Position numbers and translations under genes: made by a program. A stretch of 63,666 bases of DNA, filler included. It is 7 parts of 7 records of this genome, joined end to end, with 100 filler letters (N's around TTAATTAATTAA, not from the genome) between each part and the next. Parts side by side here need not be neighbours in the genome. Positions count along the whole stretch, not along the records: positions 7,136 to 20,229 come from SRR2962707_2874; positions 20,330 to 26,063 come from SRR2962707_2880; 5 more parts are not named here. The stretch is one strand, 5' to 3'. Below, piece by piece: positions 12,301 to 24,077 of this stretch (position 1 is its first letter; each line of letters begins with the position of its first letter). Below the pieces are notes generated by a model, which made no database searches, was not told the DNA's origin, and was given only the letters and a program-made list of their open reading frames with translations.

Positions 12301-15300
12301 TGCTCAAATAGATGCTGCAAGGCGGGATACAACTGCTTTGAGATGAAGTCAAAGACGCTCCGCTCCACATACACCGCATCGTCAAACTCGCACAACTCTG
12401 GTATAAAGAAAGCCGGGCCCTGACGACGATTCTCCTGCAGCAACGGCTGCGTCCCACTGCCGTCCTCACCCTCCTCTTGCAATGCGCCCACGCCGTAGCA
12501 GGTCTGGTAGTACTCAAGCAGTGACTGCTCAGACCCGGTCTTCGTCTTCAGCATCTCCGTACGGGGTGATTTGTCAAACGCCACGTCGGCCACTAGCACC
12601 ACTGGACGTGTTGCGTCATGCAATGGCACAACAATCCGCCCGCGCAATTCCTGCTGCAGCACCATGTCCCAAGCAGGGTACCCTGTTTCGGCCAGTCGCT
12701 GGGTGGGAAGCCGGCGAACGCGCTGCATCCAGTCCCAGACGTTCTCTTTCGGCAGCGGCTTCCATGGCTTTGGTCCCATCGGGTCCGGTGACAACACCAA
12801 GTACTGTGCCGAGGATTTCCCGACTGTGACCACCCGTCGCCGTCTCCACGCACGCTGCAGAGCCGTCGCGGCTGGGGCGGTTTCGAGATGCGGGGCACAT
12901 GCCTGCCCCACGATGTTGATCAGCAGTTTAAAGAGCTCGTTGCCTCGGAACTCCCATTGCTTCCACAGCTTGTATCCCACGGGAGGAGAACTGCACAAGT
13001 CGGGCCAGTGGCACTCCTCCACGGCAGTCAGCAGCGCGTATGGTCCAGGTACCTGCGACGTTGAGCAGGCAGGGTAGTGCGATCATCGTTGCTTCCTTTG
13101 GTATCATTCACGTCAGGGTCACACGTACTATCAAACGCACCTGTGCCGACACCAAGGTTTCGTCAGCGCACTCTAACTCGAAGGTGTGAGCGACACCAAA
13201 CTTTTTCAGCAAGTTTGCCGCCTGATGGGTGCCCAAAAAGTCGCGGTGGACGGTCATCCACTCAAAGTTAAGGTTCGAGTCTGCAACAGTCAACCATGAA
13301 AGTGTTACCGATGCAGGCGATTGTCTCATTCGCAGGCACCACGGTGGCAAAAAATCGCGCACGTGAACGCACTCGAACTTTCTGACCACCACAACACATT
13401 GGCGTCGAAATGAAAGCCCCGAGGTGGTTGAGCCTTTTGCGTTTTTTTACGATTTGCTGCAACGAAAACACACGATGCAGACGGAAAACTCAACCACAAT
13501 GCACACGCATGCCCGTGCACTCACGTTGCGGCCTGCACCAACTGGGGTCACAGCGCAGCACCGCTTTTGGACAAACACGTCGCACGCACTAACCTGGACC
13601 GGGGAAATGCAGGACGAGCTCAGCTCCGTGGGAGAGCGGAAACAGCTTTCTGTCATGTGTCGTGACGACAGGACCGTCACCCACAGCAAAAGCTTTGTCG
13701 ATGCTACGCTTCACGCACTTGTCGGTACAGTAGTGCCGACTCACAAACTCAAAGCAGTCTGTCAAAAGGACATGCGCGTTTTTCTGTGGCACCTTTCCTT
13801 TGTCAGCCCGTATGCTCCGATACAATGGCAAAATCATACTCTCGACGACATGCCCAGCTGTCAAGTTCCGAATTTTGAGCTTTTTCGTCAATACGTCCAT
13901 GTATGCCTGCGCCAGTCAGACAACGACACTTCAAATCAGGCACACGTTTGCCATTCATGGCATGACTGGCATTGACTCAGCAACCAGACGCACAGCATTT
14001 TCGTCCCGGTGCAGATCTGGGACGCTGGCATCAACAAGTAAGAGCGACTTGGCAAAGCGGAAACCCCGCAAGCTGTGTGCCAGCCCGGCGCTGGAGGGAT
14101 GAGTAGGAGCCATCGAGGATGCTGATGTGCGGAACAAATTTGAGCTCGCTGGTTCAGCAAAGACAAGCTTGCCCTCGAATCCCGTTGCAGGCAGCCAGGC
14201 CAGCTTGCGCAGGCTTTCATACTTTTCTTTTGCCATCGCCAAAGTTGTGGTGCCGGCCCCGACCATGTCGCAATAAAGAAGCACCATCCTCACGTACCAC
14301 GCGCGCGGTTGGTTGCCCCGCCTCACCGCAACGCCAAGAACTGCCAGCACATGCGCGTCACCAATGCACTCAATGTCCAGCTCACTGAGCACCTGCGGTC
14401 GCACCTCCGACTCAAACGTCGGATCTAGCACGCGTTTCTTGCAGGCCTCCACGATGTCACCCGGACTCATGAGGGCAATGACACGATCGTAGAAATCCGG
14501 GGGAACGCGAAGCGTAGCAGCGGGAACCTCGAACTCAGCTGCACGTTGTTCACCGTCAGGTGGTGGCCACGATGCGGTCAGCACACCACATACAGCCTCT
14601 GTCTGGAGAGAGTGCAGCACTTCGCGCGCAATAGGCTTGAGCATGTCGATCACGTCGGGCACCATCGGGACCATGGAGACAAACTGCGCCATCGAAACGC
14701 CACATTTCCCCGTGCTAATAACACGATGCGCTTGGCAGAACAACCGTGGGACGCGAGAAAGTAGCCACACGTTCCAATCGTCTCTGTCCATGATATCTTC
14801 GCGAGTGGCGTTGGTCACCCAGTCCGCTTGCAGAACAAACCGAAGGCCGCACTTCTTCACGGGCAAAAACGCAAACAAAAACTGCTGCTGGGAGCTGGCG
14901 CCGCCTCGATGCGCATTGTGACCAGCATTCGATTCAAGGCATGGAAAAGCGAGCACCAGCGATGTATTGTTGACGTGGTGGCCAATTCGCATAAGCGTCG
15001 GCGATAATTTTTGCTCCACGACCAGCCAATGCTTGTCACGCACGGTAGTACTAACAGAACCGCCAGGGCCATCGGGCAGCGGCTTGGACACGTGCGCAGT
15101 GGTGCGCATCTTGTACCACACAACATCGTTGTCTGCCGACAGTTCCACAGGCGTGCATTGTTGTGACTTCGTCAAACGCTTCACCTCACCGGTGACTTGG
15201 TTGTCCAAAATCACTGTTTGTAACGTGCGCAAGAAAAGCATTGAGTCGTCGATGCCCATGAGCTGTTGATACATTTGCCGATAGCGTTTCTTCACGTCTA

Positions 15301-18300
15301 ATTTCAGCGGAAGGACGATGGAGGTTCCAAAGTCGGTGGCGCAGAATTCCGGTGGCAGCCTGGCAACCTGGTCGTTATACTCCCCGCGCTCTTGCGGGTG
15401 CAACCACGTGGGAATTATCATCCCAAGCGGAGTCATTGAGACGTCGAATGCAATGTGATACCCATTGCTATGAACTTGCGCACGGTTACTGATGCAGAAA
15501 ACCGATTTGAATCCGATTCCTTTCTGCCCGACCTGCCCCACAGACACATTCATCAGGCGAGAACTAACAATTATTAACAGAGAATGAACAGCATTATGAC
15601 TGGTGGCATTTAACTCGCACAGTGGAAAGCGCACCTTTCCCTCTAAGCCAAGTTTTTCACTATCAGAAATGGAGCACACGTTGACAATGTCTTCATCCGA
15701 AAACCCGCGTTCATTGCAATGGGCAACAAGCACGTCAGGCGTCATTTGAAAGTACAGAGTTGGCTCTGTCCCCGCGGCCTTCAGGGCAGCGCAGTCGTAT
15801 GCACAGTCGTTGCTGTTTTGGATCATTTCAAACACGAAGTGAGCTGACTCGGCGTAGAGTTCGGTGGACACTTTTGGGAGTAAACCCTGCAAAATGCGGT
15901 CTTTGTGAGCTCCATCCTGGGTCGTCGGACGGATCGGGCCGTCGTAGTCCACATCGTACTTGCGGCGGATCTCCGCAACAAGCCGTTGCTGACGTGAAGT
16001 GTCTGTGGAAGCAACCTCGTCTACCACTGCGGCGTTCCCAGCATGCGACCCACTCGCATCTAGCTCCCCAATGTCTGCGTCTTGTATCAGTGCGGTGCCC
16101 AGGTGCCTTTCACTGGTCTCAGCAGGGTGTGATGCGTCGCCCTGCAACAACCCATCGCTGTCAAGGGAGAGGGACAACTCATTGGCCGTACTGAACCCAC
16201 CGTTGACGGGGCCCCATGAGGCAGTGAGCTTCAAGACAAGCGCTGAAGCTTCTCGGTGCGTGTCCTCCCAGCTCGCGCTTGTGCGCAGCGCTCGGGTCAC
16301 GTCGACATCGGCCCACAAATCGCGCTTCAGAACATGGCCCAGGGTCCTCAACATGCATAGCGGGTGCACCTTCGTCGACAGGTTCGGTAGAGCCAGGCAC
16401 CCCGCAAAGGACGCAGGGACGTGAAGCGCGGCTCGTAGCAACACTCGCTCCGCACTCACGGAGTCCGGACCTGTGCAAAAGTCGTCGTCGAAGACGGACG
16501 TCCCTGATGCTAACTGGTGCTGCTCCGCAATGACCAAACATTGCTTATTGAGTACATCTATGAGCGCACGAGCGTTCACAAGACGCAGGACAGGTGGGAG
16601 TGCGGCCAAAACATCGACAATGAGCGCTGCGGCGCATTCCAGTTCCGCGTGGACCCCAAACTTGGCCATATTGCCTCGGTGCTCACGAAAATTGTACATT
16701 GTGTAAGGGCCAGTGTAACGTGTGACCAGTGCTCGCCCACAGGCGAGTATTGCATCTTTGCGCGACTGCGCGAAGGCCGCGATACCTCGGTAAAGCGTGT
16801 TCGCCAGACTCACAGAGCCTTTGCCTGCGAGAGAGGGCGGCTCTAACGCCTGGTGCTGTATCGCTGCAAGCTCGATGAGCCCGGCGGAAGTCCGGCCGTT
16901 GCCAGCCTGAAGTGCATTGCAAAGCTTTCCGCACAGTTCCTTGTCAGTCTTTATGGTACCCGTGACGCATTTCTGGTGACCATGGCACACGTCCAGAATG
17001 CTGTCGCCTTGGCGGAGCCCTGGTTCAGCGATGAAGCCAGAACTGGTGAGATCTGCGGGTGTGCTGACTTCGGCAAGCTCATGAAGCGCCTGACAGTCTT
17101 GTGCAATGCGCCCGTGGGGACGATCACCACACTCCTGCGCAAGCAACCGCACAATTGACTCGCAGCGGGAATTCGAATTTGCCCGTGCGTCTCCATCCTC
17201 CTGTTCGCAGGCCATGTAGGCGGTTAACCAGGGCTTGTCAATAGCTCCCATTCCAAATTGCATCCAGAGCACTGGAAGCAGTTGGTCGACATCAACAGTG
17301 TCGCAGGCGCTTCGACCGCGAAGCAATTGACGCTTGCACGCCTGGATGGTACACTCTGCATGCAAGCATAGATGTGACATAGCACAGCAGGAATGATGAG
17401 CAAAGATTGTGCGCGATATCTGCTGGGCTCGATACAAGTCAGCCTCGTGCTCAGCATCACAAACTCACCGAGCTCAGTTGCGTCAATGTGAACACCCTGT
17501 TCCGCCATCACTTGACACAGTTGGTGCATGTGTGCGGCTCGCTTGGTCTTACCACAGCAGTCGGCCTTCGCGCTGTTCGCAATTAGAGGAATGGTCAACT
17601 GCGCAGCATGCATCGCTTTTGACAATTCCGCCGCCCCGCCTGAAGCCTCGCCTGCCGCCTGGCGCAAAAACTGCAAAAAGGATATGCCGCCCCACTGTTC
17701 GAAATGGACCACGCCAGCAAAGTCCGTGCACGCCGCTTCGAGCGAGATAAGCAAATCCAGTGGACTGTCGGAAAGCAAACGCCAGACTGAGTACTGTATC
17801 ACCAGTGGCAAGAGAAACCTTGCGCAACCAAGCTCGGCTCGGTGCGACGTAAACGCGCCGACGGATTGACGCATACACGGACCTTTCAGCTGTGTCTGCG
17901 AGCAGCTCGCATTCTCCAATAACTTTGTAGCACATGTCCTCTTGCGTAATGGTGCCGCTGGGAGTTGCTGGGGCCGGGCTAGTTGCCTCCAGAGACTGAT
18001 GTGCTGAGCTTTCGCCGCGGGCAGCTGTGTTCCTGATCAATGCGTTGAGCTCGTCCGCACAGTGCTCGGCCACGAATCGGTAGAACGGCAGTCGCTCAAC
18101 AGTGAGATCTTCAAAAAAGTCGACATCACTGTTCTGCGCCGCCTGGACTTCGACGTTGCGCAGGAGTTCAACTACGTCGACCCAGCGCGTTACTTGACCC
18201 CCAGCCTCCGCAACGGCAGCCGACAACAGCTTTTTGCAAGCTGATGAGAGTTCATTTGCAGTTGGTGCCGGTTGCTTCAGCTGCTTTACAAACACCTCAC

Positions 18301-20019
18301 GGTTCGTACCTCGGAGAAGCTCCATGGTCAATGCAGCCATCACTTTCACATTCTGCACTCGTTTGGCAGTGGGCAGCTTCGGGCCGGCAAAGGCGTCAGC
18401 AACTAGTAGCGAACATTGCATGCAAACTCAAGATCAGGACCTGAAAAGCTGTAAGTGTAAACTCAAAGAATCTTGGCGGAGGGTGCTTATGGTCATACCT
18501 GCTTGGGAGCTGACGCTGGCTTTTGCGGCGTCGATGATGGCTGCAGCAGCAGTCTTTTGGACGCTCAAAGATGGTTTGTTTGCCTCAAGTAGAACTTTCG
18601 CGAGTTTGCGGCGCTGCTGTTGGACGATGCGCTCCATCTCCTTTGTGACGCAGGATCCAACGTCATCTTCCAACGCTTTCAAGCCGCGCTGGCTTTTCGT
18701 CCGCGATGCCACGACGCCGTGGTACCAGCCGAGGAAGTTGACCACAACAGGAACTTTCTCCGCGGCCACGAAGCCCCGCTCCGTCGCGAGGTAGGCCCAG
18801 AACTTCTCATTCACTCGTTCACGCAGGCGCTGAAGCTCGGCAGGTCGGTTTGGGGGCGCACGCCTGAATAGGGCAGTCTTTTTCTTCCAGTGTTCGCTGT
18901 AGAATGTCACCATGAGCTTTTTGATGTCCAAAGAAGTGATGCGCGGGTACCCGCGGTCCTTGTACGGAGATAGCACTGCTGTGCCGGCAGAAGCTGAGAC
19001 AACGGCGGGCCCTTCAGGTGGCGCAACACTTGCTTTTGCTCCACCGGTTGCTGGCTGTCCTTTGGGGACAGCGACAGCCGCCGCAACCGGCGGGGGCTTG
19101 GCCACCCGGTCTCGAGGTTTCAGTACCTTGGGGGCAGGGCCCGCACGGCTTCTCAGCGAAGGGGTGCCTTTGGACCAGCTGCCTTTCGTAGCAACAGCGC
19201 TGGAACTCGGAGCTGGGGCACCAAGCGCGGGAAATCCAGCAAGGGCTGGAAAGTCGGCATCAACAGTATCCCGCGCAGCACCGCCTCCTCCTCCTGCTGC
19301 TTCTCCTGTGCCAGTACTCGAAGCAGCACTCGTTGGTTGCGGCCCTGCGCCTTGGCCCTCGGCCTTCTGTGCGTGGAAGAATTGAACGACGGCTGGGAAC
19401 ATCCTGTGCTTCAGCAGCACGGAGTGCAAGAAGGAACCCAAATTCAGTTCGCCAAACGAGTCCACACCGCAGATGCAACAGACGCGGTCGTGGAGGTCTT
19501 GCGGCGTGATGATATCCGCCGTCTGCATGATAACCGCGACCATGTTGTCGAGCCTCTGTACGTCTTGCTGCAAGGCGGTGTACCTGAAGAGAAAGAACGG
19601 TGCAACAAGCAGGCAATTCAATCCAGGCGCAACACCAGCAAAAGGCAAGCAGCCCACATCGTCAACGGCAGGAGTCGGAGGAGCCAACCGGCACACACGC
19701 ACTCTGGGAAGTCGTGCACTCCCACCACCTCGACGGCCCGCTTGTTCTTGCTGGTGGTGGTGTGGTCGATTTGAATCCGTGCAACAAGCTGGCGCTCATT
19801 CTCACAGCCGAAGTGGTCCAACACCGCCAGCAACACGTTCTCGACGGTCACACTGTCGTTCCCTTTGCGATGCAGCTGGAGGCGGGCGTTCCGCAGGGCC
19901 GATGCCACCTTGCCCGGTGCGATGTCGCGCCCAAAGTTGGCGCTCGGCTGCAAGAACGCCTTCTTCTTGCCGCCGCGGGATCCTTTGCCCCTACTACCAG
20001 AATGCCGAGACGACGGCAT
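8979..20019 (-). CDS. Multi-exon NO VEIN (NOV)/sacsin-like protein of over 3000 aa: NOV N-terminal block, GHKL ATPase, PAZ-like insert, C-terminal DUF3883/NOV-C domain
   Basis: Chain of minus-strand ORFs joined by GT-AG introns, e.g. 19584-19702, 15533-15634, 11869-11994, 9393-9491; other junctions not fully resolved. Motifs: IITPQDL...GVDSFGELNLGSFL; ELYAESAHFVFEMIQNSND...NERGFS...GQKGIGFKSVF; FLFAFLPV...FVLQADW...RE...WNVWL; WCNAEAEQGLPYDI...FIEVK...FQISVNE. Confidence 0.82.
12380..12655 (-). other. PAZ-like domain within the NOV-like protein
   Basis: RGRIVVPLH...VADVAFDKSP...SLLEYYQTCYG...QPLL...FFIPELC matches the ordered Dicer/Piwi PAZ motifs. Confidence 0.72.
15400..15875 (-). other. 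GHKL (Hsp90/sacsin-like) ATPase core of the NOV-like protein
   Basis: Bergerat-fold motifs EMIQNSND, NERGF and GQKGIGFKSVF, split by a 102-nt in-frame intron. Confidence 0.88.
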
Positions 20020-20202
20020 CGTTGAGGCGCTTCAGAACGGCGGCGACAAGATGATGAGAACGACTTGTGTGTTGCTTCCTCGCGTAGTCAAGCCCGGAAA
20101 TAGACAAAATTTCGGGCCGCACAAACGACAAACGAAAAACCACACCAACAAATCTCACCACCACGACCCGCCACCTCCAGACAGTCCCCCCCCTCTCTCA
20201 GC

Positions 20203-20229
20203 CCACCACCACCACCACCACCACCACCA
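20203..20229. repeat. (CCA)n microsatellite at the contig end
   Basis: About 9 CCA units directly before the linker. Confidence 0.9.
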
Positions 20230-20329
20230 NNNNNNNNNNNNNNNNNNNNNNNNNNNNNNNNNNNNNNNNNNNNTTAATTAATTAANNNNNNNNNNNNNNN
20301 NNNNNNNNNNNNNNNNNNNNNNNNNNNNN
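20230..20329. other. Artificial contig linker
   Basis: N44-TTAATTAATTAA-N44. Confidence 0.99.
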
Positions 20330-20915
20330 CGCCATGCAGCTTTTTGCCGGTCGGTTGGGTGTTGTTGCCGCTGCAAGCTATGGCATTGCCATGACGATGC
20401 TGGCCCTGATGTTTATGGTCGCTCTCGGTTTGGCATCGGCAACATCGGTTCGGGTCGGGATTGCCTATGGTCGTCGTGATCGACCCGACATGGCTTTGGC
20501 CGGGTGGATCGGGCTTTTGACAACCATGGCAGTGATGCTGTGTTTAAGCATTCCGATTTATCTGTTTCCAAGTGCGGTATCGCATCTGTTCACCCAAGAT
20601 CTGAGCGTGATTGCCACCACGGTTTCAGTCCTTGTTCTGATGCCGATCATTTTCCCGACTGATGGCGGGCAGAATGCTGCAATCAGTGCGCTTCGTGGTG
20701 CCGGGGATAAATGGGCGCCAACGGTTCTGCATCTGGTGTCTTATATCTTTGTGATGATCCCGGCGGGCTATTACCTGACATTCGTTATGGAAATGGGCGT
20801 GCCCGGATTGTTCTGGGGCATCGTGATTGCAAGCCTTGTCGCAGTATGTGGCCTTGCGATCCGGTTTAAAATTGTCTCGGGCCGGGAAATTCCGGCATAT
20901 GTCAAGCACACCTGA
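20330..20915 (+). CDS. MATE family efflux transporter, C-terminal part
   Basis: FMVALGLASATSVRVG, DGGQ...ALRGAGD, GVPGLFWG; multiple transmembrane segments. Confidence 0.88.
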
Positions 20916-20937
20916 ACCAAGCCCGCGCTTGAAATCA

Positions 20938-20975
20938 AAAAGGTTCGCCGGATTAATCTGGCGGACCTTTTATAT
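20938..20975. terminator. Probable bidirectional terminator
   Basis: AAAAGGTTCGCCGGA...TCTGGCGGACCTTTT hairpin between convergent genes. Confidence 0.7.
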
Positions 20976-20996
20976 TTTCGATTTTGACCCGCTGAA

Positions 20997-22262
20997 TCAG
21001 GAGCGCGTGGCATCAAACTGACGACGCGGCATCAGCAAATCACAGAATGGCAGAACCAATGTGTCAAAAGCAGATGCCGCACGGGCGGCATCAATACGGA
21101 TGATGTGCTGTTCGATATCGCGCTGGGTTGCCAAATCCCCAAGCGGGGCAAGTTCCGGCAGTGCATCAACCAATGTTGCGTAAAATTCAATCTGATCATC
21201 GCGGGCCGTACCAGATGCCAGATTGCCCAAATGATTATAAAGCGCCATGGCAAGGAACCAACGACAATACGGCATCAGGCCCTGAAGAATTTCGCCGCGT
21301 TGTTGCGGCTGTAAATATTGCTGAAGGTCGCTATCAAGCCAGACGGCATTTTGCACACCAGCCACAAAAGCATTGCGCAAAGCAGGCTGTTCATCGGTAA
21401 AGAACACCGTTGTCAGCCAGGCAGAAAGATCATCAAGCGATTTGCGCCTGGTATCAGGGGTGCTGTCGGGTGCGAAATCAAGGGCCGGCATTGCCGGTTT
21501 GCCCGACATCGCAAGGCTTGCCACCGCCGGATCGATCAGCGCATTGGAAAGCCACGCCTGATGCCAAATGCGCATTGGTCGGAAATAAGGTTCTTTTTCG
21601 GAACCGCCTGCTTCGATCCAGCTTTCGATCAAATGTGCACGGCCCAGTGACATGCCAAGACGCATGGCATCTTCAAATCCCATCCCCCCCATAAGGAACG
21701 GATCGCCCAGCATGTCTTCGAGCAAGGGAAGCGATGCTGCAATATGATCGGCGCGAAGCCCCGCCCCCAACGGTTGATAGAACGATGCACCATCGCCATG
21801 ATCAAAGATCGCACGGGCATGTTTTGCAAACGCCCCCCAGAAAACAAGCTTTACCGGCTCTGCCCGTTTGCGCCAAAGCGGTCGGGTCATGTGCCAGTTT
21901 TCTGTTTCAAACTCGGCCAAAGCCATCGCATTAACCAGACGGGCAAGCGGCTTTGCCACCGCACGTTCAAGATCATCGACCGATCCCAGATGCCCAACCG
22001 ACAGGCGCCAGCCCGGTTGTTCATGCGGATGGTGATCAAGCCATAACATGGCAAATCCCGATGCACCGGCACGTTGTGCGGATGGGGCAACCAGATCAAA
22101 GAACAAAGACAAAGGAGCTGGCATTTCCGGAACCGTATGGTCGGCCAAGGCATCCCCAACCAGCCAGGTTTTGACCATCACGTCATCGGCGTCTGGCCGA
22201 TCCTTCAAACGTGGCGGCAGGAACCCCGAATACTGGCCGGAAGCATTGGAAATGTCGGTCAT
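20997..22262 (-). CDS. Hypothetical protein, 421 aa
   Basis: Long ORF with a GAGG-like RBS that fits between its neighbours; no motif recognised. Confidence 0.7.
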   Translation of the reverse strand: MTDISNASGQYSGFLPPRLKDRPDADDVMVKTWLVGDALADHTVPEMPAPLSLFFDLVAPSAQRAGASGFAMLWLDHHPHEQPGWRLSVGHLGSVDDLERAVAKPLARLVNAMALAEFETENWHMTRPLWRKRAEPVKLVFWGAFAKHARAIFDHGDGASFYQPLGAGLRADHIAASLPLLEDMLGDPFLMGGMGFEDAMRLGMSLGRAHLIESWIEAGGSEKEPYFRPMRIWHQAWLSNALIDPAVASLAMSGKPAMPALDFAPDSTPDTRRKSLDDLSAWLTTVFFTDEQPALRNAFVAGVQNAVWLDSDLQQYLQPQQRGEILQGLMPYCRWFLAMALYNHLGNLASGTARDDQIEFYATLVDALPELAPLGDLATQRDIEQHIIRIDAARAASAFDTLVLPFCDLLMPRRQFDATRS

Positions 22263-22403
22263 GGCAGCCTCGTCTAAGCAAGTGGCGCACGTCAGGGTGC
22301 AGGATCTGCGACCTGCTGATAAACAAGGTTGCCGGTCAGGTCAATCACACCGGAAGAGAGCAAATCCATGATGCCCGCCAAGTACGGCATCTAAAGGCCC
22401 CGT

Positions 22404-23363
22404 TTATACCCGGGTCAGTCCGGCATGACCGATGCTGGCTTCGCGGTAAACCGATGGCGGCATGGAAATCAACCGTCTGAAATCGCGGGAGAAATGGGCA
22501 TTGTCGGTAAAGCCACACCAAAAGCCGATTTCACCAACCGACAATCCGGTACCGTATAACAAGCGGCATGCTTCCCGTACACGGACAAGGCGCAGCAAAT
22601 CGGAAAAACGGGTATTGGCCTGTTGCAGACGGCGCTGCAATGTCCGGCCCGATGTCTCAAGCGCATTGGCGACTTCGTCAATGGTCCAGCTGCGCCCGAC
22701 ATCCTGTTCAAGGATCGTGCAAAGCTGCTGAACAATCGGTCGTTGCGCCCCGATCGGCGGGGCTGATCCGGGCATATTGGCCAAGAACGGATAGGACGAG
22801 GAAACCGGTTCAAAGCTGGTCCAGTTTATCCGAAAACGCAAACCACGCCCGGAAAAGGCCAGTTTGTTATTGATGCGATCTTTGCGCACGACCCGAACCG
22901 ATGGACCGTGGCTTGGCAAAATCGTGCCATCAATGTTTTCCGCACCAACGGCTTCGAGCAAGCCAATCAGGAACCCCTGCAACAACAGATTTTCCACACG
23001 TGCAGGCGGCTGTCCACGCACAACACCACGATGGATGGTCATGGATTTTCCGGTCACCGTAAATTCACTGCGCGCACGGGCGTGGGAATAGCCTTCTAAC
23101 CGGCGCCAACGATCTGCGATCATTTCCGGCGTAGCCGAATGACGCAACATGGTCAGGATCGGTTCCTGTTCCTTGGCAGCAAGATGGCGTCCAAGGCGCA
23201 CCAGAACGGCCGGGCCGTTGACCTTTTCAAGGGCAAGCATGATGCTACGTAACTTGGCAGAGGTCACAACTGTCCCTGCCGGCACAAGGTCATAGCCCCG
23301 CGGCAGCCAAGCCAGTTGCCGGATCAGGGCAACATGCAATCCAAAAGAGACAAATTCCTGCAT
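22404..23363 (-). CDS. AraC family transcriptional regulator
   Basis: VANALETSGRTLQRRL...LSVGEIGFWCGFTDNAHFSRDFRR...PSVYR; start set at MQEFV. Confidence 0.9.
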   Translation of the reverse strand: MQEFVSFGLHVALIRQLAWLPRGYDLVPAGTVVTSAKLRSIMLALEKVNGPAVLVRLGRHLAAKEQEPILTMLRHSATPEMIADRWRRLEGYSHARARSEFTVTGKSMTIHRGVVRGQPPARVENLLLQGFLIGLLEAVGAENIDGTILPSHGPSVRVVRKDRINNKLAFSGRGLRFRINWTSFEPVSSSYPFLANMPGSAPPIGAQRPIVQQLCTILEQDVGRSWTIDEVANALETSGRTLQRRLQQANTRFSDLLRLVRVREACRLLYGTGLSVGEIGFWCGFTDNAHFSRDFRRLISMPPSVYREASIGHAGLTRV

Positions 23364-23578
23364 CAATACCCGCCAAAAATCAAACCTTGGCGCGATCATA
23401 CAAATTATTAACCAGACTGTCAGCGGGCGATTCAAAATGTCACGAAGCTGTTACAATGAACCGATATCGGGCGGTGAAACCGCAATCAAAATAACGGGCG
23501 AAGATACAGGCCATTGCCCGAATTGCATCACCATGTCAGTCTGACATCCCGGCTCAACACCCAACGCGGATAATCAAA

Positions 23579-24055
23579 GTGATCAAGGTTCTTTTTGTCT
23601 GTACCGGCAATATTTGTCGGTCCCCCACCGCTGATGGCGTGTTTCGTAAAATTGTTGATGCTGCTGGTCTTTCTGATCAGATCAGCGTCGATAGTTGCGG
23701 TTTATCGGCCTATCACGTTGGCGAACTTGCGGATCCGCGATCCCGCGAAATGGCTCAAAGCCGCGGGTATGATTTAGACGATATTCGATCTCGTAAAATC
23801 AAACCCGGCGACTATGTCCAGTTTGATTACATCCTTGCCATGGATGACGGGCATTTGCGCGATATGCGCCGTCAGGCCCCGGCCGCAAATCAAAACAAGA
23901 TCGAACTGTTTCTGGATTATCACCCCGAGATGGCAGGGCAAAGCGTGCCTGATCCCTATTACGGCGGCGAACACGGTTTTTCCCACGTGTTTGATATGAT
24001 TGAACAGACGTCCAACAAATTGCTTGATCACATTCGCCAAAAGCACGGCATCTAA
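23579..24055 (+). CDS. Low-molecular-weight protein tyrosine phosphatase
   Basis: VCTGNICRS P-loop, FDYILAMD, VPDPYYG. Confidence 0.95.
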   Translation: MIKVLFVCTGNICRSPTADGVFRKIVDAAGLSDQISVDSCGLSAYHVGELADPRSREMAQSRGYDLDDIRSRKIKPGDYVQFDYILAMDDGHLRDMRRQAPAANQNKIELFLDYHPEMAGQSVPDPYYGGEHGFSHVFDMIEQTSNKLLDHIRQKHGI

Positions 24056-24077
24056 CCCACGATCCGGGATACGCGGC

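Noticed and set aside
12380-12655. Calling the PAZ-containing gene an Argonaute or Dicer
   Set aside because: No PIWI, RNase III or DExD helicase motifs visible; the flanks are NOV/sacsin-like.
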